Source: Candidatus Jordarchaeales archaeon
GTDB taxonomy: Archaea > Asgardarchaeota > Jordiarchaeia > Jordiarchaeales > Freyrarchaeaceae
Assembly: GCA_038858525.1 (NCBI GenBank)
Contig: JAWCFL010000001.1
Coordinates: forward strand, 107,074-139,073
Direction: 5' to 3'
Length of the DNA stretch: 32,000 bases
The position numbers and the translations under genes are program-made. The notes under the pieces were generated by a model. The model had not been told where the DNA came from. It saw only the letters and a list, made by a program, of their open reading frames with translations, and ran no database searches. The number at the start of each line of letters is the position of its first letter. The stretch's first letter is position 1. This document shows, piece after piece, positions 17,376 through 26,537 of this stretch.

Positions 17376-18418
17376 GAGTCGGAGTAGTAGGTGCTAGGGG
17401 ATATACTGGCGGCGAGCTACTTCGGTTGCTCTGTATGCACCCGAAAGTTGAGGTAACCTACATAACCTCGAGGCAACACGCTGGAAAACCTGTTGGGGTT
17501 ATCCATCCTAACTTAAGAGGACTCTTAGACCTCAAGTTCGAAGAGTTTAATGTTTCGAAGGCTTCGGAGAAGTGCGATTGTGTTTTCATGGCGGTTCCGC
17601 ATGGGGCATCTATGGACGTCACACCACAGCTACTAGAAGTAGGGTTAAAAGTTATAGACTTGAGCGCCGATTTCAGGTTAAAAAACGAAGAAGAATTCAA
17701 AAGGTACTATGGGCCACATAAGAGACCGGAACTTCTTGGAAAAGCGGTTTATGGTCTACCTGAACTTCATAGGAAAGAGTTGAGGGAAGCTCGATTTGTT
17801 GCATGTCCAGGATGTATGGCTACGAGCGCAATAATAGGAGCTGCACCAGTCGTTTCTTCGTTTAAGGTGGATTATGAAAAAATAGTCGTCGACGCTAAGA
17901 TTGGCTCATCAGCGGCTGGACGCGAAGCCGACGAGTCGACGCATCACCCAGAAAGAACAGGCGTAGTGAGACCATACAAAGTAGTTGGGCACAGACATAC
18001 TGCTGAAATAGAACAAGAGCTTTCAGGCCTAGTTGGTCGGAAAGTCAAAATAGCTCTCTCAGCCCACGCAGTCGACATTGTTAGAGGAATCCTTTCCACG
18101 TTGCACTTTTTCCTTGAGGAAAGCGTAGACGAGAAAGAAGTTTGGAAGGCCTTCAGAAACTTTTATGGCGACGCGCCATTTGTAAGAATCGTCAAACAAA
18201 GAATAGGCGTCTATAGGCTTCCAGACCCGAAAGCAGTGATCGGTTCAAACTTTTGCGATGTTGGATTTGAACTAGATGAAGACAACTCGAGACTCGTCGT
18301 TTTATCGGCGATTGACAACCTCGTTAAGGGAGCATCAGGACAAGCTGTCCAGTGCATGAACATAATGGAAGGATGGGATGAAACACTTGGACTAAAAATC
18401 CCAGGACTTTTCCCGTAA
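17372..18418 (+). CDS. lysY: LysW-aminoadipyl-phosphate reductase (ArgC family)
   Basis: GARGYTGGEL, YGLPELHR, ACPGCMAT, GSSAAG, HRHTAEIEQEL, IDNLVKGASGQA. Confidence 0.93.
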   Translation: MRVGVVGARGYTGGELLRLLCMHPKVEVTYITSRQHAGKPVGVIHPNLRGLLDLKFEEFNVSKASEKCDCVFMAVPHGASMDVTPQLLEVGLKVIDLSADFRLKNEEEFKRYYGPHKRPELLGKAVYGLPELHRKELREARFVACPGCMATSAIIGAAPVVSSFKVDYEKIVVDAKIGSSAAGREADESTHHPERTGVVRPYKVVGHRHTAEIEQELSGLVGRKVKIALSAHAVDIVRGILSTLHFFLEESVDEKEVWKAFRNFYGDAPFVRIVKQRIGVYRLPDPKAVIGSNFCDVGFELDEDNSRLVVLSAIDNLVKGASGQAVQCMNIMEGWDETLGLKIPGLFP

Positions 18419-18430
18419 GAGGGATGAGCG

Positions 18431-19234
18431 TTGAAAATAGTAGTAAAAATAGGAGGAAGTATACTAGACCAAGACCCGAGACCAATAGCTCAAGATGTTA
18501 AGGCTTTAATTGAGAGAGGAGAAAAACTAGTCCTAGTTCACGGCGGCGCGAAAATGGTTACAGAGATTGCAGAGAAAATGGGGAAGGAACAGAGGTTTGT
18601 CACCTCAGTTAGTGGATTTAGAAGCAGATACACGGATAAGGAAACTGCAGAGATATACACCATGGTTATAGGAGGACTACTTAACAAGCAGATTGTAGCG
18701 GCATTGTTTAGAGAAGGAATTTCGGGTGTGGGGCTCTCAGGAATAGATGGAAAAATATTCAAAGCTGAAAGAAAGGAAAAGATAAAGATTAAAGAGGGAG
18801 GAAAAGTGCTCATAGTAGACGGAGATTACACGGGAAGAGTTGTTGAGGTCAACGCGCAACTAGTGAATAGCTTGGTTGAGGCAGGATATGTCCCGATTAT
18901 AGGGTCTGTCGCGATAGGAGAGAAAGGAGAATTCCTGAATATTGATGGGGACAGGGCCGCTGCAAGTTTAGCTGGCGCGATTAAAAGTGACGTAATCATA
19001 TTTTTAACGGATGTAGCCGGAGTTTTGGAGGAAGGAAAGGTTCTCAGAAATTTAAGTGCGGAGGAGGCGGAGAAGCTTATAGAGAGAATTGAGGGAGGAA
19101 TGAGGCGAAAAGTCTTTGCTGCCCTAGAAGCGTTAAGGGCTGGTGTGGGAAAAGCAATTATAGCTTCTGGTTTGCGACCCCAACCTATAACTGAAGCATT
19201 AAGAGAGGAAGAGTGCACGGTGATCAAACAATGA
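18431..19234 (+). CDS. lysZ: LysW-aminoadipate kinase (ArgB family)
   Basis: VKIGGS, VHGG, SGFRSRYTD, NIDGDRAA, LTDV, GGMRRK. Confidence 0.93.
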   Translation: MKIVVKIGGSILDQDPRPIAQDVKALIERGEKLVLVHGGAKMVTEIAEKMGKEQRFVTSVSGFRSRYTDKETAEIYTMVIGGLLNKQIVAALFREGISGVGLSGIDGKIFKAERKEKIKIKEGGKVLIVDGDYTGRVVEVNAQLVNSLVEAGYVPIIGSVAIGEKGEFLNIDGDRAAASLAGAIKSDVIIFLTDVAGVLEEGKVLRNLSAEEAEKLIERIEGGMRRKVFAALEALRAGVGKAIIASGLRPQPITEALREEECTVIKQ

Positions 19235-20412
19235 GGATGAGCAGAGAGAGAGTAATAGAGCTCGAGGAGAAGTACGCAGCGAAAACCTATTCTAAAAGGC
19301 CACTAGTAATAGTGCGGGGTAAGGGAGCAGTTGTTTGGGACGTGAATGGACGCGAATACATAGACTGTGTTGGTGGACATGGTATTTGCGTGATAGGCCA
19401 CTGCCATCAAAAAGTAGTTGACGCAATAAAGAGACAAGCGGAGCAACTTATAACATGTCCCGGAACGTTCTACAATGATGCAAGAGCGGAGCTACTCGAA
19501 AAACTGGTTAGTGTGGCTCCCAAGGGGCTGAGTAGAGTTTTCCTTTCTAATAGTGGAGCTGAAGCTGTTGAGTGCGCCATTAAGCTTGCAAGAAAGTACA
19601 CTGGCAAGAAAGGAATAATTGCTACTGTGAAAGGGTTTCATGGGAGAACTATGGGTGCACTCTCAGCCACGTGGGAGGCGAAATATAGGCAACCTTTTGA
19701 GCCGCTAGTTCCCGGATTCTCTCATGTCCCATTCGGCGATGCCGAAGCAGTCAGGAAAGCTATAAACGAGGATACAGCAGCAGTCATTGTTGAGCCAGTA
19801 CAGGGAGAGGGAGGAGTATACGTAGCGCCTGAAGGCTACCTTAAAGAGTTGAGAGAGATATGTGATGAGAAAAATGTTCTCTTAATACTAGATGAAGTTC
19901 AGACTGGGTTTGGCAGGACAGGCAAAATGTTTGCTTGCATGCACTGGAATGTTACACCGGACATAATGGCTGTTGCAAAGGCAATAGCAGGAGGAATACC
20001 CATGGGAGCTACTTTGGCAAGAGACGATGTCATGCTGTCGTTACAAGAGACAGAGCATGGTTCGACCTTTGGGGGAAACCCTCTCGCTTGTGCTGCCGCG
20101 AGCGCAACGATAGACGTCATAGTTGAGGAGAAGCTTCCTGAAAGGGCAAGGGAGCTAGGCGAACTTCTTAAGGAGGGAATAAACACTATTAAGGAACAAT
20201 CAAAGTTGATTAGAGAGGTTCGAGGGTTAGGGTTAATGATAGGTGTGGAGTTACGCTTAAAATGTAAGGAGTACGTCCTGAGTGCTATGGAGAGAGGAGT
20301 TCTTCTTTTAACATCCGGCCTTAACACCATAAGACTGCTGCCTCCATTGGTGATAGAAAGAGAACAAATTGAGAGAGTTGTCCAGGTTCTTTCTGAGGTA
20401 TTGGTGGTTTAG
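19231..20412 (+). CDS. lysJ: LysW-aminoadipate semialdehyde aminotransferase (class III PLP, ArgD family)
   Basis: NSGAEAVE, FHGRT, EPVQGEGG, DEVQTGFGRTG, AKAIAGG, HGSTFGGNP; ATG overlaps the lysZ stop. Confidence 0.93.
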   Translation: MRMSRERVIELEEKYAAKTYSKRPLVIVRGKGAVVWDVNGREYIDCVGGHGICVIGHCHQKVVDAIKRQAEQLITCPGTFYNDARAELLEKLVSVAPKGLSRVFLSNSGAEAVECAIKLARKYTGKKGIIATVKGFHGRTMGALSATWEAKYRQPFEPLVPGFSHVPFGDAEAVRKAINEDTAAVIVEPVQGEGGVYVAPEGYLKELREICDEKNVLLILDEVQTGFGRTGKMFACMHWNVTPDIMAVAKAIAGGIPMGATLARDDVMLSLQETEHGSTFGGNPLACAAASATIDVIVEEKLPERARELGELLKEGINTIKEQSKLIREVRGLGLMIGVELRLKCKEYVLSAMERGVLLLTSGLNTIRLLPPLVIEREQIERVVQVLSEVLVV

Positions 20413-21462
20413 TTGGATCCTCTCGACTTCCTCACCGAATTCCTTAATACTTATAGTCCAACAGGAAAAGAAAACGAGGCTTCGAAGTTCCTCTTTAGAA
20501 AGATGCAAGATTTTGGTTTTGATGCACGCATAGATCAAGTAGGTAATGTTATCGGCAAAATAGGTGAGGGGAGACCTGTGATTTTTCTGTGCGGGCATAT
20601 AGATACTGTGCCGGGATTTATCCCGGTAAGAAAGGTAGGTGATGAAGTTTTTGGGCGTGGAGCTGTTGACGCCAAGGGTCCGTTGGCTGCGATGATCATG
20701 GCTGCTAGAGAATTTGTAGGAGAAAAACTCAAAGGCACAGTTGTTGTCGCGGGTGTAGTCGATGAGGAAGGCGCGTCAAAAGGAATAAAGAATATTATTG
20801 CTTCAGGTTTGGAGGCTGATTACGCCATATTTGGGGAGCCGAGCAATGCTAGAAACATAGTGATAGGGTATAAGGGGAGACTTCACTTTATAGTGAAGGT
20901 TGAAACGAAAATTAGTCATCCCGCTAGTCCAGTAGCACGTAATGCCTCTGAAGAGGTAATAAATGCATGGAATAGGATAAAAAGTGTGCTTGCCGAGAAT
21001 GGGAGAAGCAAATTAAGATCGCCATCGTGTTCCATAATGTCTATTAAGGGTGGCTTGAGCGAGGCTGAGGTTGAGGTCTCAATAAGGGTGCCATTCGGTG
21101 TAACTTGGAGGGAAATATTTGATAAGGTCAATTTAGCTGTTAATGCGGTTGACGAAGAAGTTAAGTGCCAGCTTGAATTAATAGATGCCGTTGATCCATA
21201 CGAGTCTAATAAAAGGTCGCCGCTTATAGATGCGTTTAGAAAGGCAATTAAGGACGTTTTCGAGGAGGAAGCAAAACTGCTGAGAAAAACGGGGACAGGG
21301 GATGTGAATTACTATGGAAACTGGCTAAATATCGGAGATGCTGTTACTTATGGTCCCGGCGACCCGCGGCTTGATCACACGGACGAGGAAAGAATTAAAG
21401 TGAAGGATTATTTAGGAGCGATAGAAGTTCTCAGGAGGGTTATTCGCTTAGTGGTTTTCTAA
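20413..21462 (+). CDS. lysK: LysW-lysine hydrolase (M20 family, ArgE-like)
   Basis: GHIDTVPG, GRGAVDAKG, DEEG, GEPS, YGPGD..LDHT..E; operon context. Confidence 0.9.
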   Translation: MDPLDFLTEFLNTYSPTGKENEASKFLFRKMQDFGFDARIDQVGNVIGKIGEGRPVIFLCGHIDTVPGFIPVRKVGDEVFGRGAVDAKGPLAAMIMAAREFVGEKLKGTVVVAGVVDEEGASKGIKNIIASGLEADYAIFGEPSNARNIVIGYKGRLHFIVKVETKISHPASPVARNASEEVINAWNRIKSVLAENGRSKLRSPSCSIMSIKGGLSEAEVEVSIRVPFGVTWREIFDKVNLAVNAVDEEVKCQLELIDAVDPYESNKRSPLIDAFRKAIKDVFEEEAKLLRKTGTGDVNYYGNWLNIGDAVTYGPGDPRLDHTDEERIKVKDYLGAIEVLRRVIRLVVF

Positions 21463-22379
21463 ATGCGTTCTTCTTTCTTTTCCTCCTTTTCCTTTATCTT
21501 TTTCTTAAGCTCTGACACAAAGTCTTCTTCCGCGCTTATTGTAGGGAGCATTACTGCTCTTGCAGGGTAAACCCATTCTACAGCAAGCTTAGCCTCATCG
21601 AGCACACCAGATATTTTTTCATAAGCGTTATTTTCAAGTTCTATGCATTGTTTAGAGATTTCCCTTGCAATTTCCCCTTCAAGCGTTAACCGTTTTTCAA
21701 GACGAAGAGGGGAACGAATTTCCGTCTGTGAAGGGGCGCCCATCCATTTACATGAGAAGTTAAGCACACCTACAATCTCGCCACGCCAATTTTCATCAAC
21801 AGTAACTTCAACCCGCCAGGCCCACTCAGCAGACCAACTCTCACTACTGACCTTACGAGCTACCTCTCTAATCAGCAACCTAAGTTTGCTCACTTCAACC
21901 TTGGCGGCCACCATAAAGATAGTTTCACCGAGAACCCGCGCGCCATAATTAGAGGAAAGCTCCTTTTCGATGCTTCGACGTAGCTCACCCAAATCAACAC
22001 TTAGAAACGAGTCTTTCACTTTTTCTTCCGTGAAGCCTTCAATGCTTCCTTTGACGAAATTATATTTTATTACAACACCACAGTTAGGGCAACGGTAATC
22101 TCCAGTAGGAGAGTTAAATGTTACCTCTACAAATGAGTCAAGAATAAGCCGGTAACCGCAGTTAGGACATGAAATTATAATTGCGATTTCATCTATTTTC
22201 TTCCTTCCTTTTTCTCCTTCTAGGCGCTTCTTAGTTTCAACGTAAAAATTTTCAGCAACGTTCATCTTCCTTAGCCCATCAATAAATGCGTCCTCTTCTC
22301 CAAGGATGAAGCCCCTAATTAGTTTAAGAAGAGCTTGCTCATCCACATTTCCTCTCCCGGCATCCCCTCCGCCTTCCAA
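21459..22379 (-). CDS. Hypothetical protein with CPNC-x25-CPNC Zn ribbon
   Basis: 306-aa ORF, TTG start with GGGGGTG RBS, 4-nt convergent overlap with lysK; no family recognised. Confidence 0.7.
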   Translation of the reverse strand: MEGGGDAGRGNVDEQALLKLIRGFILGEEDAFIDGLRKMNVAENFYVETKKRLEGEKGRKKIDEIAIIISCPNCGYRLILDSFVEVTFNSPTGDYRCPNCGVVIKYNFVKGSIEGFTEEKVKDSFLSVDLGELRRSIEKELSSNYGARVLGETIFMVAAKVEVSKLRLLIREVARKVSSESWSAEWAWRVEVTVDENWRGEIVGVLNFSCKWMGAPSQTEIRSPLRLEKRLTLEGEIAREISKQCIELENNAYEKISGVLDEAKLAVEWVYPARAVMLPTISAEEDFVSELKKKIKEKEEKKEERI

Positions 22380-22525
22380 ATAAAAACACCCCCTGATTTT
22401 TCCTAAAAATACTGGTGAAAGTAAACATTTAAGAATTTTTCAATAGATGTGGCGGTGAAAAATTGATGCTGGCGAGTGAAATGTATTTTTCAATTTTTAT
22501 GATTATTTAAACCAATTTAATGAAA

Positions 22526-22543
22526 ATCTTTTTATAAAAAGAT
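22526..22543. promoter_or_regulatory. Perfect 18-bp palindrome ATCTTTTTATAAAAAGAT containing the probable TATA box of the pur operon
   Basis: Exact self-complementarity; TTTATAAA core about 40-50 nt upstream of purC. Confidence 0.55.
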
Positions 22544-22579
22544 GTTAAAGGTCTCACGTGTAGAGAAGACCGCTCGGTT

Positions 22580-23335
22580 GTGGGGGTAATGCTCCCGCAG
22601 GACTTTTCCAAGTTAGAGATAATAGGAGAAGGAAAGACGAAAATTGTACGAAGAATGGACAATCCAGAGCTTGTTTTATTAGAGTTCAAGGACGCGATAA
22701 CTGCCCTCGACGGAGAGAAAAAGGATACTATAACAGGAAAAGGGCATATAAATGCGAGAATATCCGGTTTCTTGTTCGAGTTTCTTTCAAAAGAAGGGGT
22801 TCCTACGCATTACGTGTCGTTCATCGAGCCAAAATACATGGTGGTTAAACGACTGAAGATGCTTCCAGTAGAGGTTGTCTGCAGGAATATAGCAGCTGGA
22901 AGCTTTGCGAAAAGATACCCGGTAGAGGCAGGAAGCCGCCTTAAACACCCAGTTGTCGAGTATTACCTGAAGGACGACCTACGACATGACCCAATGATGA
23001 ACGAAGACCACATGGTGGTGTTGGGAATTTTGTCCTCAATTGAGGAAGTTAATGAAATAAAAAGATTGACTCTAACGGTTAATAAAGCTCTCTCGAAGTT
23101 CCTCGATGACAAAGGAATAACTCTTGTAGACTTTAAATTGGAATTTGGAAGAGACAGGAACGGAAGAATCTATGTGGGCGATGAAATTAATGGTGACTCG
23201 ATGAGGCTCTGGGATAAGAGAACTGGAAGAATACTTGACAAGGACGTGTATCGTCAGGGTAAAAACCTGAGTGAGGTTTTGGAAACTTACAGAGAGTGTT
23301 ATAGAAGAATCATTGGGGAAGAACCTAGAGTCTAG
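22580..23335 (+). CDS. purC: SAICAR synthetase (start could be ATG 22589)
   Basis: GEGKTK, FKDAITA, PVEVVCRN, LVDFKLEFG, DEINGDSMRLWD, DKDVYR. Confidence 0.96.
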   Translation: MGVMLPQDFSKLEIIGEGKTKIVRRMDNPELVLLEFKDAITALDGEKKDTITGKGHINARISGFLFEFLSKEGVPTHYVSFIEPKYMVVKRLKMLPVEVVCRNIAAGSFAKRYPVEAGSRLKHPVVEYYLKDDLRHDPMMNEDHMVVLGILSSIEEVNEIKRLTLTVNKALSKFLDDKGITLVDFKLEFGRDRNGRIYVGDEINGDSMRLWDKRTGRILDKDVYRQGKNLSEVLETYRECYRRIIGEEPRV

Positions 23336-23611
23336 GTGGGGAGTAAAAATTTGGGCGTATACGTGTTGGAGGTTATTGTAGAAAATAAGCCTGCAGCAAA
23401 GGATCCTGAGGGAGAGACAATAATGAAGGAGCTAATGCACCGTAACGGCTTCGAAACAGTGAAAAAAGTTCGTACGGGAAAATATCTCAGGATTGAGGTA
23501 GAAGCAGAAAGTAAGGAGAAGGCAAGAGAGCTCGTGTTTAGAATGTGCAACGACTTAAGAATATTTAATCCTGTAATTCACATATGCAGCATCAGAGAGG
23601 CAGACAGGTAA
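23336..23611 (+). CDS. purS: FGAM synthase subunit PurS
   Basis: DPEGETI, VRTGKY, LRIFNPVI; position between purC and purQ. Confidence 0.92.
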   Translation: MGSKNLGVYVLEVIVENKPAAKDPEGETIMKELMHRNGFETVKKVRTGKYLRIEVEAESKEKARELVFRMCNDLRIFNPVIHICSIREADR

Positions 23612-24348
23612 TGACAAAGGTCGCTGTTCTGCAATTTCCGGGTTCAAACTGCGATCTAGATACTCTTTATGTGTTACGTAACATTATAAAACTGGACGCT
23701 GAGTTAGTTTGGCATAGGGAGTTTAAGGCTGACGTTTATGATGCAGTAGTTCTTCCAGGAGGATTCTCTTACGGTGATGCCCTAAGAGCGGGAGTGATAG
23801 CCGCATATAGCCCAGCCATGAAGCATGTGAAAGAAATGGCTCGTGAGGGAAAGCCGGTTTTGGGGATATGCAATGGGTTCCAAATACTGGTTGAGGCGGG
23901 AATACTGCCTGGAGCGCTGATAAGAAACGATAGTCTTACATTCATATGTAAATGGGTTCACTTGAGGCTTGAGAGTAACAGAACGGTTTTCACTTGGAAG
24001 GGTAGAGTGGGGCAGGTGCTGGCGATGCCCATAGCACATAACGAGGGGAAGTATTTCAATGATGAGAAGGGGTTAAAGGAGCTTTACGAAAACGAGCAGA
24101 TAGTTTTCAAGTACTCGAATATTAGAGGGGAGGTTACTCCGGAGGCTAATCCAAACGGGTCTTTAGACAACATAGCAGGGATATGTAATGTTGAGGGGAA
24201 TGTTCTTGGCTTGATGCCTCACCCGGAAAGGGCTGCCGAAGCAATTCTAAGCCCACAGGGAACAGAGGATGGACGATTAATATTTGAAGCGATGGCTGAA
24301 TTCTTGAAGGGGGAAAGAGGTTGCCGCTTCTCGGCGGAGTTGAAGTAA
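23611..24348 (+). CDS. purQ: FGAM synthase glutaminase subunit PurQ
   Basis: FPGSNCD, PGGFSYGD, GICNGFQ, MPHPER. Confidence 0.96.
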   Translation: MTKVAVLQFPGSNCDLDTLYVLRNIIKLDAELVWHREFKADVYDAVVLPGGFSYGDALRAGVIAAYSPAMKHVKEMAREGKPVLGICNGFQILVEAGILPGALIRNDSLTFICKWVHLRLESNRTVFTWKGRVGQVLAMPIAHNEGKYFNDEKGLKELYENEQIVFKYSNIRGEVTPEANPNGSLDNIAGICNVEGNVLGLMPHPERAAEAILSPQGTEDGRLIFEAMAEFLKGERGCRFSAELK

Positions 24349-26537
24349 GCCTTACAGAAGAAGAGATAAGAAAAGTAAGAGAGATACTAGGCAGGGAGCC
24401 TAATGCCGTTGAGGCAGGAATGATAGACATTATGTGGTCTGAGCATTGTTCTTATAAATCTTCGAAAATAGTTCTTAAACAGTTGCCTAGAGAGGGGGGG
24501 AGGGTGATCATTGGGCCAGGATATGACGCTGGCGTCGTCGACATAGGAGGCGGCTATGTAGCAGTATTTAAAATAGAGTCGCATAATCACCCCTCAGCGC
24601 TTGATCCCTATAATGGTGCAGCTACAGGTATAGGGGGTATTGTGAGAGACATACTTTGTATGGGAGCTAGGCCGATAGCGTTGCTTGACCCGTTGCGCTT
24701 CGGCTCTTTAAAGAGCCCTCATTCAAGGTGGCTTCTCAGGTATGTTGTTAAGGGCATAGGCGATTACGGTAACTGTATAGGGGTTCCCACAGTTGCAGGA
24801 GAAATAGAGTTTGATGAAAGCTTCGAGAGAAACTGCCTGGTGAACGTAGCGTGCGTCGGTGTGGCTAGGCGGAATGAGTTGGTGCTGGCTAGGGCTGATA
24901 GGCCTGGAGACTTGGTTTTGCTTGTTGGAGGAGCTACAGGTAGAGATGGGATTCACGGAGTTACTTTTGCCTCGAAAAGCCTGACTGAGGATTCAGAGGA
25001 GGATAGACCTTCGGTACAAGTAGGTGACCCCTTTACGAAAAAACTGCTAATAGAAGCAACATTAGAAGCTGTCAGAACAGGGTTTGTACGTGGACTTAAA
25101 GATCTTGGAGGAGGAGGCCTTACTTGCGCTTCGTCAGAAATGGCCTATAAAGGAAGGCGAGGAATGGAAATAGATGTCTCTAAAGTTCACCTTAGAGAAA
25201 CAGGTATGACTCCATTTGAAATAATGTTATCTGAGTCGCAGGAAAGAATGCTCTTTATCGTTGATCCCGCGGGAATAGATAAAGTGACATCGATAATGGA
25301 TAAGTACGAGTTGCAGTGGAGTATTATAGGGAGAGTGATTGAGGAAGAAGAAATCGTGGTTAAATCAGACGGAGAGGTCGTTGCACGTTTACCAACAAAA
25401 ATTCTGGCAGACCCACCTACTATTAACCGTGAAGCAAAGAAACCGGCGTACTTAGATGAGCTTCTTATGATTGAGCCACCACCTATGCCTTCAGATTTAT
25501 CTTTGACCTTAACGAGTCTTCTCTCCTCCGAGAACATAGCGAGCAAAGAGTGGGTCTACAGACAGTATGATCACGAAGTGGGTATAAGAAGTGTGGTGAA
25601 GTGTGGTGATGGAGACGCGGCGGTCTTAAGGGTCCTGGGAGAGGACAAGGGAGTTGCTGTGGCAAGTGACTGCAACTCCAAGCATTGCTACCTTGACCCG
25701 TATAATGGAGGGGCGGGAGCTGTAGCTGAGGCTTGCAGGAACATAGTTTCAGTTGGAGCTGAACCCATAGCCATGGTGGATTGCCTCAACTTTGGGAGCC
25801 CCGAGAAGCCAGAAGTATTCTGGCAGTTTAAAGAGGTGGTGCGAGGAATGGCAGACATGTGTAGGGCGCTCAATATACCATGTGTAGGAGGAAACGTGAG
25901 CTTCTATAATGAAGACGAGGTTACAGGGAAAGCGGTAAAGCCTTCACCTGTTGTTGTGGCGCTAGGAGTGGTTGAACCTTTAAGTAACATAGTGACAATG
26001 CCGTTCAAGGAGGCGGAAGACGAAATTCTAATTGTAGGGGAAACTTTTAGGGAGCTAGGGGGTTCAGAGTATTATTACGCTATTCATGGTATTGCTGGCG
26101 GAAAACCACCTGTCGCTAGATTTGAACAAGAAAGAAAAACATTAGAGTTTGTTTTAGAGGCTGCAAGAAGAAGGCTAATTAGGGCAGCCCATGACTGCTC
26201 TAAAGGCGGCGTTGCCGTAGCGCTGGCATTGATGAGCATTAAAAGTGGCTTGGGACTTGACGTTGATGCTGCAACTATTCCTGCGGAGGAAATGCGGCTG
26301 GATGAACTTCTCTTTTCAGAGTCCCATTCGAGGTTTATTATTTCGACAAGTAGTGAAATGGCTGAAGAATGCTTTAAGCTAGCAAGAAAGCATCAAGTTG
26401 CGTTATCCCGTATTGGGCGTGTTAAAGATGATGGAAGGTTCCTTATCAGATTTAAAGGAGAAAAAGTTTTGCTGTGTGAGGTAGATGATATAGTTGACGC
26501 GTGGGAAAGAGGCTTTATTAAGATGGGGTGGGGGTAA
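24321..26537 (+). CDS. purL: FGAM synthase subunit PurL
   Basis: MWSEHCSYKSS, ESHNHPS, DLGGGG, LSESQERM, DCLNFGSPE, GGNVSFYN. Confidence 0.97.
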   Translation: MPLLGGVEVSLTEEEIRKVREILGREPNAVEAGMIDIMWSEHCSYKSSKIVLKQLPREGGRVIIGPGYDAGVVDIGGGYVAVFKIESHNHPSALDPYNGAATGIGGIVRDILCMGARPIALLDPLRFGSLKSPHSRWLLRYVVKGIGDYGNCIGVPTVAGEIEFDESFERNCLVNVACVGVARRNELVLARADRPGDLVLLVGGATGRDGIHGVTFASKSLTEDSEEDRPSVQVGDPFTKKLLIEATLEAVRTGFVRGLKDLGGGGLTCASSEMAYKGRRGMEIDVSKVHLRETGMTPFEIMLSESQERMLFIVDPAGIDKVTSIMDKYELQWSIIGRVIEEEEIVVKSDGEVVARLPTKILADPPTINREAKKPAYLDELLMIEPPPMPSDLSLTLTSLLSSENIASKEWVYRQYDHEVGIRSVVKCGDGDAAVLRVLGEDKGVAVASDCNSKHCYLDPYNGGAGAVAEACRNIVSVGAEPIAMVDCLNFGSPEKPEVFWQFKEVVRGMADMCRALNIPCVGGNVSFYNEDEVTGKAVKPSPVVVALGVVEPLSNIVTMPFKEAEDEILIVGETFRELGGSEYYYAIHGIAGGKPPVARFEQERKTLEFVLEAARRRLIRAAHDCSKGGVAVALALMSIKSGLGLDVDAATIPAEEMRLDELLFSESHSRFIISTSSEMAEECFKLARKHQVALSRIGRVKDDGRFLIRFKGEKVLLCEVDDIVDAWERGFIKMGWG

